From the human T2T-CHM13v2.0 reference genome, Homo sapiens, in the NCBI RefSeq assembly GCF_009914755.1, contig NC_060926.1: a stretch of DNA of 64,000 nt; one strand, given 5' to 3'. Both the position numbers and the translations under genes were made by a program. Below are positions 12,051 to 24,739 of this stretch, piece after piece. The number at the start of each line of letters is the position of its first letter. Position 1 is the first letter of the stretch. The notes below the pieces were generated by a model. The model was given only the letters and a program-made list of their open reading frames with translations. It ran no database searches and had not been told where the DNA came from.

Positions 12051-13553
12051 TTTTCTATGAAGTTTGATAAGTTTACTACTTATCAATGAATATCAATATT
12101 AATTTAAAATATGAATATAATTTTGATCAGCTATTGACTGAGAACAATGGCGAGGATTTGGTGTTGAATACCAAATTTCCTCTCTAACAGAAAAGAAATC
12201 TTACAGCATGAAGAATAGGAAATGTTGTGCTATGTGGCAGTTAAATTGATTCCCCTTTATTAACTGAAGGGAAAGGAACAGAAGAATTTAAATTTATAGA
12301 CCAACCAACAAGAATTGCGATGCAGATTAATCAAAGTCAAAAAGCCAAGGCAGTCTTTCAAAGGATGAATGCAGTACTCCAAGGCTAAGAAAAGCCTGAT
12401 AGGCAGGCACTAGGGTAAGCACCAATGAAACATAGGACTGGAGTGCTGCTGAGTCCTCCCAAGCACAAGTGCCAAAAGAAATATTAAGGATGATTGCAGC
12501 TGAGTACAAAACAGGCACTGGGCCAAACACTGCTAAAACGCAAAACATGTTGGACAAGCCTGACCCTAATAAAAAGGTAGGCAGAACGTGACATAGGGCT
12601 CCAGCACAGGCCTCTTTTACCTTAAGTAAGCAATTATGCATCTGGCTCTGAAGTTGCCCATGATAATTATAGAAGCAGAAACTTGATAAAGGCATTTGGG
12701 AATAGGAATAAGAAACTGAATTTTTAAGCTCCCAAGAGGTGATTATAAACATATCTCCTTGTCATGTACTTTAGCAGAAGATAAAGTAATAATAGCTTGA
12801 AAAATGAAGGCTGATTGTGAAGCTAGGATCCATCCACTCAGTAGATGTATTCTTCCCAATGAAGTGTAATAGTTCCAATAAATTCATTTGGGTTGACTTG
12901 GGGAATTTTTAAAAAATCACTTAAAATATGTGGTTACCTCTATAGAGTTTATTTACCTTCTATTTCCTTTCCCTTTATTATATACACCCAGGGGAATGAA
13001 TAAGATTAACATTCTCATGTTTAGATGAGAATACTGATTAACTGGCTTAACGTATTCATTAAGTATCTCATTCATCATTGTATCTCACTATACAATCCTT
13101 AGGATTACCATTATAAATCAGCAAAATTACAAGTAATTAATATCTTGGATTTCAGGTGACTCTAGAAAAAAGGAAACCCTCTGTTTAAGACTGAAAGGTC
13201 CACAGTTACATCACTTACTACTATAAAACTAAAAGATGATTTGTATCAAGAAGAGAGAAAGAAGATGGAAAGTCTTCAATTATTTTTAAGTCAAACGATG
13301 TACACTCCAGGATGAGAGTTCCTGGAAGGCTGAGAGTAAAATGAGCTAATGTTGCAGCTTTAGAGAAAGCCCAGGTATACCCGAAAAGCTCCTTTTGTAC
13401 TCAGACGTTCCACCCTTTAACCAATATCTAAAACTTCCCCCAGGACTATTCCTAGGGTATCATGACTCAGGGATTATCCTGAGATTTAGTTGAATTCTTC
13501 TTTCTAGATCTGTCAGTGATTCATAGAGGCAGTTAGCAGGAACTGAAGATACC

Positions 13554-13983
13554 AGGCATAATTTGGATATTTGTTCCCTCCAAATCTCATGTTGAAACTT
13601 GATCCCTAATGTTGAAGGTGGGGCCTAGTGGGAGGTGCTTTGGTCATGGAGGCAGATCCCTCATGAATGACTTGCTGCCCCCTTGTCCCCATCCCACAGT
13701 AATGAGTGAGTACTCCCTCCATTAGATCACCTGATAGCTGGCTGTTTAAAAGAGCATGGCACCCCTCCCCCCTCTCTCTCTTTTTCCTTCTCCCTGGCCA
13801 CCTGATGTTTGCCCCCCTTTCCCTTCTGCCATGCGTGGAAGCTTCCTGAAGCCCTCAGCAGAAGCAGATGCTGGTGCCATGTTTCTTGTACATCCTGCAG
13901 AACTATGAGCCAAATAAACCTCCTTTCTTTATAAATTACCCTGCCCCAGGTATTCTTTTATAGCGATGCAATACACTAAGACA
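13554..13983 (+). mobile_element. MSTB-like MaLR solo LTR
   Basis: tttggatatttgttccctccaaatctcatgttgaaa...agccaaataaacc...ctaagaca; exact 5-bp TSD atacc. Confidence 0.93.
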
Positions 13984-14153
13984 ATACCCAAGATTCAAAT
14001 GCATGCACGCAATATGTCGTTAAGCTTCCTTCTAAGAGCCATATGAGATAGGATCATTTACTTAGCAGGGCTCATTCTCCATCAGTTCTTACACAGACTT
14101 GTCAGTGATTCTCATGTCTTCTCTTTTCCCTCACCACTCTTGTTGGTCATTTT

Positions 14154-14480
14154 ATTTTTTTTTTTTTAATTTTTATTTTTTGAGACAGAGTCTCACTGTG
14201 TCACCCAGGCTGGAGTGCAGTGGTGTGATCTCTGCTCACTGCAGCCTCTGTTTCCTGGGATCAAGTGATTCTCCTGTCTCAGGCCCCTGAATAACTGAGA
14301 CTACAGGCAAGCACCACCATGTCAGCTAATTTTGGTTTTTGTTTTTTTTTTTTTTTTTTTAGTAGAGTCATGGTTTCACCTCATTGGCCAGGCTGGTCTT
14401 GCACTCCTGACCTCAGGTGATCCACTTGCCTCAGCCTCCCAAAGTGCTGAGATTACAGGCGTGAACCACTGCACCCGACC
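14154..14480 (-). mobile_element. AluS, full length, diverged
   Basis: Two monomers, poly-T tail, TSD ttgttggtcatttt/ttgctgatcatttt. Confidence 0.95.
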
Positions 14481-15224
14481 TTGCTGATCATTTTAAACTC
14501 AGTTCACCAGAACAAAATGTGGACATGAGCATTAGACTAGCTAGCCAGCCATTGAATCCTCCTAGAGAAAGTCAGCTTCCTGCATTGGTAGAAGACATGA
14601 AATTTATTCAGAAGACAGTAGAAAGTACAGTGGAGCCCAAAGGAAATTACAATGTTATTGATAAGCCAACTGGAAATTTTGGCTTTGCTGACATATCAAT
14701 TTCCATTCAGAGATTTTAACATCTTAACAATTATCACTTAACTATTTCTCTTTCTAAATAGGCAATTTCACGCATAGTATGGTAACATGTACTCAGATAT
14801 CTTCAATTTTCTTATAGTTTTTGCTTGAACCAAAAAGCTATAACATTTTATTATGTTGATATATTAATTCTTAACTTGGCAAATTACAACCAAGAGGAAT
14901 CATACATAATATCCTATGGATTTTTCATTCTCTTCTCGTTGGATTCGGGAGCTTAGGAAGATCTACTTAACAAACAATTGCTGTGAGGTGAACAATGCAT
15001 TTTGAATGTCAAAGAAAAAGAAGTCAGAATTGAAAAAGGCAAAGAAAATATTTTTATTAGTCTGAAGCAAAGTAAAACTCTCCCCATTATGTATTTACAA
15101 TAGCAGTATTTAATACAGGTAACAGATTGAGCTTTAGGAGTGATCATGCTAGAATCTAGCTGTTGTTAGCCATGTCTAAATACTGTCATATCAAAGTCTT
15201 TACTTAGTTAATTATTTATTATAC

Positions 15225-16400
15225 TTTCAGATTTTTATTGTAAAAACGTATTATTATATTTTGCATCAATTTTTGAAAAAAATTGTAGACTTACAGGGGA
15301 GTTGCAAAAATAGTGCAAAGAGAATTTTCCTGAACCCATATCCCATCTTTCCCTGTTTGTTAACATCTTTAAAAACCATAGGACATATGTTGAAATTTAA
15401 AAATTAATCTTGTTACAGTATTGTAAAATAAAGTCCAGAACTTATTCAGATTTCACTGGTTTTTCAAATAATGTCTTTTTTTTCTGATCAAAGATTTAAT
15501 TCAGAATCCCATATTCCATTTAATTCTTTGTCTCCTTGATCTCCCTCATTCTGTAACAAATATTAGTTTCTTCTCATATTTTGTGATCTTGATACTTTTG
15601 AAGAGTACTGGTTAATTTGTTTTTTTGTAGAATTCGCCTCAGTTTGGGTTTTACTGATGTTTTGTTGCTCTTAAATGTAGGTTATGGATTACTGGAAAGT
15701 ATACCACAGAGATGATGTGCTGTTTTTTCCAAAAGCATTGTATTAAGTGGTACATAATGTTCATATGCGTTAATGGTGATGTTAATCTCAATCATTTGCC
15801 TGAAGCAGTGTCTTTTAGAATCCTCTGCTGTAGTCACTGTTTTTCTGTTTGTAATTACTAAAAGCTTTGGGAGAGATATTTTGAGACAATACAAATATCT
15901 TGTTTATGCTTAAACTTTCACCCACTCATTTTATTATCTAATGAATGACCTCATTTGATGTAAATATTACTATGAGGTTTAATGGTGATTTTATATTTCT
16001 CTCATTTCTTTTATATGTGTTAACTGGAATTCTTCAATAAAGAAGAGCTGTTGCTCTTTCTTTGTTCATTTATTTTATTAACTTATAAATATTATTTTAT
16101 TTTTTGGAATGTAATCAATGCCATCATTATTTATTTTATTTTCAGTTGTTTCAACTTTGACCATTGGGGACTCTTTCAGGCTGACTTCTGTGCCCTTTTG
16201 ATATGTTTCTCGTCATTTTGTTTATTTACTTTGATTTTCCATATCCTTTCTGGCACTGCAAGATACTGTAGGCTTTTCTTGTATTTTTCCTGCCACAGAC
16301 CTGGAATCAATCAGTTCTCCAAGGAGCCCTGGTTCCTTTTATTGGAAAGTGGTATTTAGAAATCAATATCTGGGTGTTTAGTGTGTTCATTGCTACTGGG
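15225..16400 (-). mobile_element. L1MC-type (L1MC4-like) 3' region
   Basis: gtagacttacaggggagttgcaaaaatagt at the 3' end; ctggaatcaatcagttctccaaggagccctggttcctttta further along. Confidence 0.8.
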
Positions 16401-17000
16401 CCAAAGGTTTTCATTATTGAGTTTTGATGAAAATGATGTTGCTCAAAAATCATTCCTAAAATATCTCAACTCTCAACAGAAATTATGGAATATGATGAGA
16501 TTTTAACGTAACACTTTCTAATGAGAGTTAATAGATGCTGTGCTTTGGTGGGTTTCCATTGTCTAATAATCACAGCACATTAACAACACATCCCCTCTCT
16601 CAGAGATTCACTATGCTAAATAAACTTGTTTTCCTTTGTTAATCCAATTACATCTAAAGTTATTTAACTTTAATTTTTTTTTTCACAATACTACTACAAC
16701 CATCAAGCAGAAGAGTCAGGGTCAGTTGAATACCAGATTAGGAAACATAATTTTAAATAAAGATTTCCTCTTTTAAATGTTTTCACTAGTTAACGAGTTA
16801 CAGGATATAAATTACCTTGCTTTTGGCTCTTCATGTGACTAATCGAGCACAATCATCAAGAATAGCTTCACTGAAGCCATTGAAAACTAACGTTGGAATA
16901 AGGAGCCTTTGCATTGTCTTCTGGTTTTCTCATGCATTCCTTTGCCCCCAGACATCATGCATGTGTGCATGTACACACAGACACACACGCCCCTACATAC

Positions 17001-17192
17001 TTTTCTTTCTCCTTCTCCCTTTCTTTCTCCTTTTCTTCCTCCCTTCCACCCTTCCTGCCTGCCTGCCTTCCTTCCTTCTTTCCTTCCTTCCTTCTTTCCT
17101 TTCTCTCTCTCTTCTTTCTTTCTTTTCTCTCTTTCTTTCTCTCTCTTTCTTTCTTTTCTCTCTCTCCCTCCCTCTCTCTCTCTTTTTCTTTC
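17001..17192. repeat. Polypyrimidine low-complexity tract (TTCC/TTTC/TC units)
   Basis: ~190 bp almost entirely C/T on the plus strand. Confidence 0.95.
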
Positions 17193-17824
17193 TATGAGAT
17201 ATATTGACAGCGTTTCTGATCCTCATAATATAATCCTGGCTTGAAAACTGCAATTTTCCAGTATGAGGAATAACACTATTTCTAAAGCCAACCTATTTTT
17301 TAAAAGTGAGAACTCATCTTTTTTATATTCTAATGTGTCCTTTTGTTGGTTGTTGTATTCATGCAGCATTACTTTCTTATTTTTCTCATGTCTCTCTTGT
17401 GTATACAATAGTTTTCCAGGATTCTCCTGCTTTGTGATTTATCCATGAATGTCCAAGCACTGTCTCTTTATCTTCTCCTCTTCATGTCAAATTAGACTCT
17501 TGACTTTGTATTTAAGATGGTGTAGTTACCTATTTGGAAATCAGTGCTTTTCATATTACCTGGTTTATTTATTAGAAAAGAGAAATCTATTGAAGAAAAA
17601 TGATTTAGGATATAAGGATATATTTTATAGCAACAAACTCAACTCACCATGAAGTGTGGATTATTTCAAATCATTATCAACAAAACTATATAATTAAACG
17701 AGCAAATCAGCAGCACCACCAACAAAACAACTAACTCTTAGAGTTGATCAGAGTTATCAAAATCGTAAACACACATACACACTCTTTCATGATAGAAGAC
17801 CTAGAGTTCTTATGCAACATTTAC

Positions 17825-18030
17825 TTGTGCAACCAATATTTACTGAGCACCTAGTATGCCAAACAATATACTTACTAATGGACATTCAAACTTAAATATG
17901 ATATAGCTCTAGCCCTCAAACATTACAGTCAAGTGGTGGGAAATGAAATGTAAGTCTAATTTTGATCTGGTGTAAATATAATAATGTTACACGAAATTAG
18001 GGGAGTACAGAGAACAATCATCTAATACAA
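17825..18030 (-). mobile_element. L2 3' end fragment
   Basis: caaccaatatttactgagcacctagtatgcca...gccctcaaacattacagtc is a reverse L2 tail. Confidence 0.7.
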
Positions 18031-18040
18031 AATTATTCAG

Positions 18041-18427
18041 TATATTAGTCAGCTCTGGCTGCCATACCAAAAGATGACAGGCTAGGTGGCTTAAACAACA
18101 GCAAGTTATTTCTCACAGTTTGGGAGGCTGGAAGTCTCAGATCAAGGTCCAGTTGAGTTTTGCTTTTAGTGAGGACTCTCCTTCTGACTTGCAGACAGCC
18201 ACCTTCTTGCTGTGTGCTACCATGACACACAGGGAAAGAGAAAGAATGCTCTCTTATATTTCTTCTTGCAAGGATACTAATGCTATCAGATCAGGGCCCC
18301 ATATTTTATGACTTCATTTATCCTTCATTACTTCCTTATAAGGCCTTATCTCCAAATACAGTCACAGTGGGGATTAGGGCTTCGACATATGAATTTTGGT
18401 AGAAACAGAAAAATTCACTCTATAACA
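18041..18427 (-). mobile_element. MLT1A/MLT1A0 solo LTR
   Basis: tattagtcagctctggctgccata...tctccaaatacagtcacagtggggattagggcttcgacatatgaatttt...tataaca. Confidence 0.9.
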
Positions 18428-18889
18428 CTCAAACTTCTTGAAAATGTTAATTCTTTTTTAAAATAAATGGTAATTATGTATTTTATTAAGTTTAGGAGAC
18501 ATGAATAGGGAAGAAAAATTGAGTATTTTGTTCATGTAAATATATCCATTAATTACTCATGTCAATAAAACATTTAATTCATTTAATAATTTTAATTTGT
18601 AAGGCACATTCACTTTTTTGTGGTTGTTGTTCTACCAACAAGATTGAGGCAGCTGGGCCAATATTATTGCACTTAATTTTCAGATAAAAGGCACAGGGAT
18701 ATACTGCAATTTGTACAAAATTGCGCCATGCATTCACAGTGAAACTTAGATAAATTACTGGTCCCATCCTATGATATTTCTTAATAACCAATAAAGCTTA
18801 AGTATAGGAAATATTTAAAATAAAAGATAAAACAAAAGGCATCATATATTCCTTGGTGGTTCAATGTCTTCTCTAAGAAAATAATTATT

Positions 18890-19005
18890 CACTTCTGGCT
18901 TCTAATATGGCATGTGAAGAGCTTAGAAATCGTTACTTCATCCTATCAACAAGTAAAAGGCTCAAAAGACAGAAAAATCAACAATCCTTCTTAGATCTAT
19001 CAGAG
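18890..19005 (+). mobile_element. Old L1M (L1MC-like) extreme 5' end fragment
   Basis: acttctggcttc...gaagagcttagaaatcgttact...gaaaaatcaacaatccttcttagatctatcagagaa resembles an L1MC-type 5' start. Confidence 0.45.
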
Positions 19006-19046
19006 AAAGTCTTCAGAGAAGTAAAATGATGTAAGTTAGAAATTTG

Positions 19047-19687
19047 GAAGGAATACTATGTATTTGATTCCCATAAATGTGATAATCTAGAAGAAATGGA
19101 CCAATATCTTGAAAAACACAATCTGTCAAAACTCACACAAGAAGAAATAGACAATCTGAATAGGCTTATTTCTACTAAATAAACTAAACTGATAATTAAT
19201 AACTTCCTAAAACAGAAAGCACCACAACCAGATGGGTTTGTTGGTAAATTGCACTGAACATTTAAAGAAGAAACAATTGTCCACAATTTCTTCCAGAAGA
19301 TGATAGAAGCAGAGAGAATACTTCCTAACTCATTCTATGAGGCTAGCATTAGCTTACTAACAAAATCAGACATTGCAAGAAAAAAAAAGCTACAGAACAA
19401 TATATTTTATGAAGATATATGCAAAAATCCTCAACAAAATATTAGCAAACCAAATCCAACAATGTATAAAAATAACTATACACCATGACCAAATGAGATT
19501 TATCCCAGGTTGCAAGGATGGTTCAACATTTGAAAATCAACTAATATAATTCATTGCATCAACAGACTAAAGAACGAAAATCACATGATCATGAGAGTAG
19601 ATGCAGAAAAATATATTTGACACAATTCAACACCTGTTCATAAAAAAAAAAAAAAACTCAGCAAATTAGCAATAGAGGGGGAACTTC
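19047..19687 (+). mobile_element. Old L1M ORF2 fragment (region leading into reverse transcriptase), disrupted
   Basis: Translates DNLEEMDQYLEKHNLSKLTQEEIDNLNR, ILPNSFYEASI, QGWFNI, NHMI..DAEK, with stops and frameshifts. Confidence 0.92.
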
Positions 19688-19879
19688 TGGCTTAGGGAGA
19701 ATGTATAGGAAGTGTTAGGCAGGGTATTGGGACATTAAGCTAAGCAATTTTTCAAGAGCAGATAACCTGCTACTGAGAAAACTAAGACGCAGCCCGCTTA
19801 CTAAGAGGATAAAATAAGGTGAATAGAAAAGTGCAGTTCAGAGAATGCATGAAAATCAGGTATCCCAGTCAGTACTTGA

Positions 19880-20140
19880 GCCTAGTTTTCTTCTCTTCTC
19901 ACAGTCTACTTTCTGTGTATGTGACCTTATCCTTATTCATGGCTTTACACATTGTCTACATACCAATATTGTGTATACCTCCACATGACTTTTATTAGAC
20001 ACAGACCCAACTACCTTCTTGATTTCTGCACTTGACTACCCCACAGGCTTTTTAAACTTAACACCCCAAACTGAACTCATTACCTCTTCTCTCTTTTCCC
20101 AACCAGATCCATCTCTCAGTGAATGACAACTTCATCAAAA
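19880..20140 (+). mobile_element. L2 internal fragment
   Basis: tcatggcttta...aaacttaacaccccaaactgaactcatt...tctcagtgaatgacaac. Confidence 0.6.
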
Positions 20141-20315
20141 TGATGCTCCAATTATAATAATTACTAAAATGTTTGATAATTTAATGTTTGCCAAGTGATG
20201 TTTTAAGTGCTTGATGTCATCAGCTTCTAGAACCAAAACAAACATAATCTTGTTTTAAACAACAATGGGAGCCAAGATACTTTCCTGTGGCTGGTGTTTC
20301 CAAGCACACATTCCA

Positions 20316-20317
<2 letters not shown>

Positions 20318-20364
<47 letters not shown>
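20318..20364. repeat. (TG)n microsatellite, ~23 units
   Basis: Uninterrupted TG run. Confidence 0.98.
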
Positions 20365-20365
<1 letters not shown>

Positions 20366-21489
20366 TGGAAATTTAAATGTTTTTCCAAATCTCATATCCC
20401 AAACAAAACCTGTCAAGAAATTAGGAAAACTATAAAACTACTATAATTCTGCTACTACAATTAAAAGAAGTAGAAAGTGGTTTGACAAAACCCATTGATG
20501 TCACATTGAAAGCAAGAGCTGGGTGCACTAACACTCAGAGTTGGAGAATAAGGCTGGACATTTCTGGGAAGAGATGTTGATGATCTAATCACTCAGGTGT
20601 GCTCATAGTTGTTGCTGTGTCATAAGTGTGTTTTCATGGTCCTGTCTGCTGCTAATGGTGAGTCCTTCTTATAAATAAAATAAATATTAATAAGTCTACA
20701 TTGTATATTTTATACAAATCCTATCTGTGGTACTCCAGGAAGTAACAAGTTTTAGAAGAAATATAAGTCCTTAAATTGACAATTTAGAAATGTGATTATG
20801 TGATTATGCCATTATCTTTGCTGAGAGAACAGAATGTTAGGTTATTTGAATACTACCTGAAAGTATACACCGGTGATTTTTTGGGTTTAAACACTTGCTT
20901 TAGCCTACAGTTATTTGTAAATGCCTTAAGAAGAGATGCAAAGAGAAGCTGATGATTATATTGTCGGAGACTACTCTGATATGAACCCAAAACAGATATA
21001 AAATCCAAAGTAACAAAAGCAATATTGATTTCCACAGCAAGCCAAATTTAGGCAAGCACAAAAAATATTTTCATAGTTAAAAAACAAGTTTACATGAAGC
21101 AACATACACTCTAAGACCTATCTTGAAGATAACAATGCTTGTGTGCTCCAAAATTTCAGTTTAAGAATACCATTTAAATATTAAATATTTGCTTTTTAAA
21201 TCTTAACATTATTATTTGGCATTTACTTTGTTTTAATAATTTCTTCTTTTATGAAATATCTCTATCAAGTTAGAGATCAATTTGGATGTTATTGAAATAT
21301 TTAATCTTGTCATAATATACTGGTTTAAGATTAGAGCATGCACTTTCATTATTCTTAAAAATTACATGAAAATTTTAGTATAGCCTAATCACAGAAATAA
21401 TTCAGTTTATTATAATAACATAATTATGTAAAACATGTAAATAAATTTTCATGAAAAACAAGGTATAGTAATGTTTTTAAGAATTCCCA

Positions 21490-21853
<364 letters not shown>

Positions 21854-21949
21854 TTACAGGAACTTGAAAACATTACCTGTTAAACTATTCTGGAATAGCA
21901 AGAGTTTTCCACACATGTGTTTAAAAATACTGAGAAAACAACAAAAACT

Positions 21950-22303
21950 AGCTCTTGCTCCTGGAAGATAAGACCAAATTAAACAAAATAGTTAACATTT
22001 CAAGAACAACCACTGGTTGGTTGATCAAGGTTAGCCCTCTTCCTTGTTAGGCTGGTCAGTCCAAAGCTGTTATGTCACACACATTGTGCAATCCCAACTT
22101 GGTTCTCAACTTGCACAACTCACCTAAAAATCACTCAATTCAGGCCCTGAAATTATATAAATATCCTCTTCAGGCAACCTTGTTCTGAGAAAATACTAAG
22201 ATTGGTCAAGGTGATATTCTCCCTACTGTGATAAGTCTACTAAACTGAGTTTTGTTTGATCAAAATATTTTTTTGGTAGTGTTTTGAAGATCAGAAGTTG
22301 ACT
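21950..22303 (+). mobile_element. Old ERV LTR (MER90/MER110-like)
   Basis: TATA-like tataaata at ~22156; 3' end ttctccctactgtgataagtctactaaactgagttttgtttgatcaa...gttgac resembles these families; left boundary uncertain. Confidence 0.5.
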
Positions 22304-22339
22304 GCTATATAATATTTGCATATGCATTAGGAAAGAACT

Positions 22340-22435
22340 AACATAATTCTCATTCTATCCGTGAGTATTGAGGCATAGAGAGGTTAAATAACTCACCTCA
22401 TGTCTCACAGATCAGTGGAAGAGTCAGGATTCCAT
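22340..22435 (-). mobile_element. MIR fragment
   Basis: tgaggcatagagaggttaaataactcacctcatgtctcacag. Confidence 0.65.
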
Positions 22436-22499
22436 ACAATTTATCTTTTTCTATCATGATCTATCTAGTCCCCTAAAACACGTTGAATTTTTTTCAAAC

Positions 22500-23760
22500 T
22501 ATAGCTCAATTTCACCCATTTGCTTGCAACTCTTTCCCTTTGACTCACATAATTATAATATTTTACTTGAACTAGTGCAATTATCTGTGAACCGATCTTA
22601 CTTCTAATCTTGCCCTCCTTGAAATCGCTCTCTAGCAGCCAGCCAGAATGTCAGAATCATCTTTGAATTTGCAAACTAGAGACTAGCTTCCTCTACTTAA
22701 AACATTTTCAGTGGTGGTCTACTGAATATACAATTGACAATAAAAACAAAATAAGAAACACACACACACACGTATATCACACTATAAAATCTAAATACTT
22801 AGCAAGGTCTCCAAGCCCTGCTTTAGCTGACATTTGCTACCTCTCCAGGGCTATACCTTACTAAACCTTTATAATTTTCTCTCCTTCCAACAGAGTGATT
22901 TTCTTTCATTTCTTCAAATATATGGCTTCTCTTTCTTATCCCAGAGTTTTGCACAAAATTATTCTTCTGCTTAGAGTCCCTTTACCTTCTAGGTCTTTTA
23001 AAATCACTCATATCTTATCCTTTAGGCCTCTGCTCTAAAACTTTTCCAGAGATTATCCACATAACTTCAATATCTAAATCAGGGGCCCTTGTTAAAATGC
23101 AATCAAAATGTTACCTTTCTGTGATAACATGTGTTACAATTTACCATTATACCTTTATTTTAGTGACTATTTAATCCATATTTTTATTCCACAAGACTAT
23201 CATTTCTACTAAGTCTGGTGGTAAGATTTTTGTTCATTACTGCTGCTATAGTTTGGATGTTTGGCCCCTACAAATCTAATGTTGAAATCTGATCCCCAGT
23301 GTTAGATGATGTGGGTACCTAGAGGGAGATATTTGGGTCATGGGAGCTGATTCCTCGTAAATGACTTGGTGCCATTCTTTCATGAGTTCTCACTCTATTA
23401 GTTCCTGGGAGAGCTGGTTGTTAAAAAAGAGCCTGGCTCCTCCTACCCCCTCTCTTCTTGCTTTTTCTCTTGCCCTATAATCTCTGTACATGACAGCTCC
23501 CCTTCACCTTCCAACATGAGTGAAAGAAGCCTGAGGTCCTCACCAGAAGCAGATGCCAGAGCTATTTTTCTTGTTCAGCCTGCAGAACTGTGAGCCAAAT
23601 AAACCTCTTTTCTTTATAAATTGCCCAGCCTCAAGTATTTTGTTATAGCAATTCAAACAGACTTATACGACTGTATTTTCGGTATCAACACAATATTGCT
23701 ACCTAAAAGCAATGTAGTCACTAATAGTTGAATTGATAAATAAATACATGAATGAATGAT
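22500..23760 (+). mobile_element. L2 3' region (interrupted by MST LTR)
   Basis: cagccagaatg..atcttt, cttaaaacattttcagtgg, aaaatctaaatacttagcaagg; ends with the tgaatgaatga tail. Confidence 0.7.
23244..23669 (+). mobile_element. MSTB-like solo LTR nested in L2
   Basis: tgctatagtttggatgtttggcccc...gagccaaataaacctcttttctttataaatt; TSD actgc/actgt. Confidence 0.92.
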
Positions 23761-23868
23761 AGCATACAAGAATAAAATTTCGGAGACTACTAAAATGCTG
23801 CCCTAATTTATCTAGGGTAAAGGTTAAGGCTGTATAACTGCTAGTTGGAAATAGCAGTGCTTCTAGGT

Positions 23869-24041
23869 CAATGGTTTTCAACCCTGGCTGGGCTCTATAA
23901 TTATATGAAAACTTGAAAAAAATCATTTATCAGATACCACACAACAAGATTAAATAAATGTTTTGGAGAAAGGCTCAGGCATCAAGAATTTTAAAATAAT
24001 TTCCAAGTCAATTCTAATGTGGCTAAGATTGAGAACCATAG
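23869..24041. mobile_element. MER5-family hAT-Charlie MITE
   Basis: caatggttttcaaccctggctg...attctaatgtggctaagattgagaacca. Confidence 0.7.
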
Positions 24042-24623
24042 TAAGGAGCATGGAAAACTAGATATTCCCCAGAATCATGAACACTGGGTATGCTAAAACC
24101 ATATTTTAGTTCTTGGAAGGTCATAATACAAATCAAGAGGACATTTAGAATACAAAGGTGAGTTATATGTATCCCACATTTTACTTGATATCTCTATTCT
24201 TCAAATTATGGCTAAAACATTGGCTGAAACTCCCAATTTCATGGCTTGTTAAACTCAGATATTGATTAAGATTTTACTACATCTCTAACCTTCCTACGTT
24301 GCCTCTTCTTCCTACCCTTTGCTTCATACCTATTGCCCAAATTCTGTTCCACAAAATGCAGTATGAGCTTCTTGATTTCACAAGATACAATAAAAAATTC
24401 AACTAAGCCATACATTTTATGTATTTAAACTATCCAGAGATTTTGAGCATTGCAGAAAGCATGGAATTGTGCACTGCCAACATTTCATGCCCTGAACCCT
24501 CCTGAATTTCTTTCTTCTGATATTTTACACCTCCAGCCAAAGGCAGTCTCATTGAAAGGGTTAATGTACCTCCAGTCTACTGCATTATTTTGTTAGTACC
24601 ATGAAAACTCTGGTAATACATTT

Positions 24624-24626
<3 letters not shown>

Positions 24627-24665
<39 letters not shown>
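24627..24665. repeat. (AC)n microsatellite
   Basis: ~19 AC units. Confidence 0.98.
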
Positions 24666-24668
<3 letters not shown>

Positions 24669-24739
24669 TATAGTGCCTTCCTGAGAAACTAGTTTTAGCT
24701 CATTGGAAATTATTTCTGTCTCCTGTTGGTACATGAGAT

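Noticed and set aside
16817-17253. Four overlapping ORFs rich in F/L/S or R/E/K
   Set aside because: Artefact of the stop-free pyrimidine tract
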